Shown one piece after another: positions 51,779 through 64,000 of a DNA stretch of 64,000 nucleotides. Source of the DNA: Rhopilema esculentum (Eukaryota); assembly GCF_013076305.1 (NCBI RefSeq), contig NW_027019299.1:9744265-9808264 (forward strand), given 5' to 3'. Position 1 is the first letter of the stretch, and every line of letters starts with the position of its first letter. A model generated the notes under the pieces. It was not told the DNA's origin and made no database searches. It saw nothing but the letters and a program-made list of their open reading frames with translations. The position numbers and the translations under genes were made by a program.

Positions 51779-52580
51779 GTAATTTGCAGTCATTTTTACG
51801 CTTACTCATACAATTTCGGATAAAAATTGATTGTCTATGCCAATGAAGGGTAGGCCGTGTAGGACTATTAGTGGAGGAGAAGATCAACAAAATGGCAGTA
51901 TGCCAATCTACTCCAAGACTCCATCCAATAGTGCTCTAAGGGCATTCAATTCTGCATCTTCCATTCTGTGTTTAGTTTAGCAGTTCTATCTTTTACTAGC
52001 ATCGTCATAATTGCATACTTGTATACCTTATAAGTATATTATATACCTAAGTTTTCGCCTGTCTTCTTTTACTTGTACTCTGAATCAATCAACTCAGAAA
52101 AACACTGTTCAGTACGGCTCACGATCTGTTCTTTTTTGTGTGCTGAATTCTGGAATAGTATTCCTACTGCTATCAAAGAATCTGTATCATTGGTTTGCTT
52201 TCGTTATAAATTGAAGTCATATCTGCTTGCAAAACATTGACAACTAACCCTTGAAACTTCACACACTGCTTTACAATCCTCACTAACAGAAATCGGAGTT
52301 TGATTTTCGGTATCGTTTATTTTGATATTTGTGAAGTGCTGAAATATCTTTGTGTATAGGGGGCCTCTCTCCTTGATTAGTTTGCTATTGGGAGAATTCC
52401 TCCTTTAAATGATTCCCCCCCCCCACCATACATATATCCCACATATAATTTGTGTTCCACACAATTATTATAATGTTTGTTTGTTATTTTAAATTGTTTT
52501 ATTTTTATTTAGTATTTCGTGGAAGTGTATGTTGTGGAATTTAAAATATGATGAACCTGAATCTGAACTTATTATTTTAG

Positions 52581-63520
<10,940 letters not shown>

Positions 63521-63654
63521 GTATGTTTGTGAAAATAAGGAAGATTGTGCATGATGGGCTTTTTTCGACAGCAATTCTAGGGTTTTGCAGTTATCTACTT
63601 CATAACTGATCGTGTTGCGTGATTATAAAAAAGGTACTCTTGATAAGATACTAA

Positions 63655-63835
63655 CGAAAGTAAAACCACAAAATAAAGGAGTTAATGAAGATTCCCCTTT
63701 GGGCTTATGAAGATTCTTGTTGGAATGACTGAAGATTCCCGTTTGAATGAATGAAGATTCCCGTTGAAATGAATGAAGATTCCCGTTGAAATGAATGATG
63801 ATTCCCTTTGGAGTTAATGAAGGTTCTCTTGTGCC
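63655..63835. repeat. tandem minisatellite, unit of about 22-26 bp (gaatgaagattcccgttgaaat) x about 6, in DDX41 intron 19
   Basis: ttaatgaagattcccctttgggc / ttatgaagattcttgttggaatgact / gaagattcccgtttgaatgaat / gaagattcccgttgaaatgaat / gaagattcccgttgaaatgaat / gatgattccctttggagttaat / gaaggttctcttgtg. Confidence 0.85.
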
Positions 63836-64000
63836 TTCTTTCTGTTCTGTGGTAAAAGCACGTGAATGACAACCATGTCGCTTGTCACTAATGAAGCAAA
63901 GAAACAAATAAACCACCAGTAACAGCTGACTTCCGATAATAGCATTAAAGTGTTTAGTGAAAATGAGATGTGTGAAAATAAGACTAGGAAATGTCGTTTT

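Overview
This window is eukaryotic (metazoan) nuclear DNA, not a prokaryotic locus. It is AT-rich (roughly 35% GC by eye), has GT-AG introns with GTAAGT-type donors and polypyrimidine acceptors, MITE-like inverted repeats and microsatellites. Four protein-coding genes, all on the + strand, were reconstructed by hand-splicing conserved exons.

1. An alpha-catenin orthologue (CDS 2120-18337, 26 exons, 1253 aa; reading frame closes exactly).
2. Major vault protein, MVP (21897-41979, 30 exons, 849 aa; frame closes).
3. An Emx-family homeobox gene (46060-49389, 3 exons, 282 aa).
4. The DEAD-box helicase DDX41/Abstrakt (exons 52581-63520; the 3' end runs off the window and the 5' exon is uncertain).

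The main finding is in the alpha-catenin gene. Four consecutive, symmetric phase-1 exons (12839-14934) encode two tandem ILEI/FAM3-like (GG) domains. They sit in-frame in the linker between the M domain and the C-terminal actin-binding domain. That domain combination is, to my knowledge, undescribed for alpha-catenin. The cassette can be skipped cleanly, so it may be alternatively spliced.

Other notable observations are a 1.3-kb TIR-bounded non-autonomous DNA transposon ending about 130 bp upstream of the MVP start codon, a perfect 66-bp-arm hairpin/MITE in alpha-catenin intron 10, CCAAT-box clusters at the putative alpha-catenin promoter, and a Ser-to-Cys change in DDX41 helicase motif I. 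Taxon is uncertain; a non-vertebrate marine invertebrate such as a cnidarian is my guess. All exon coordinates come from manual translation and phase bookkeeping, with no database searches.
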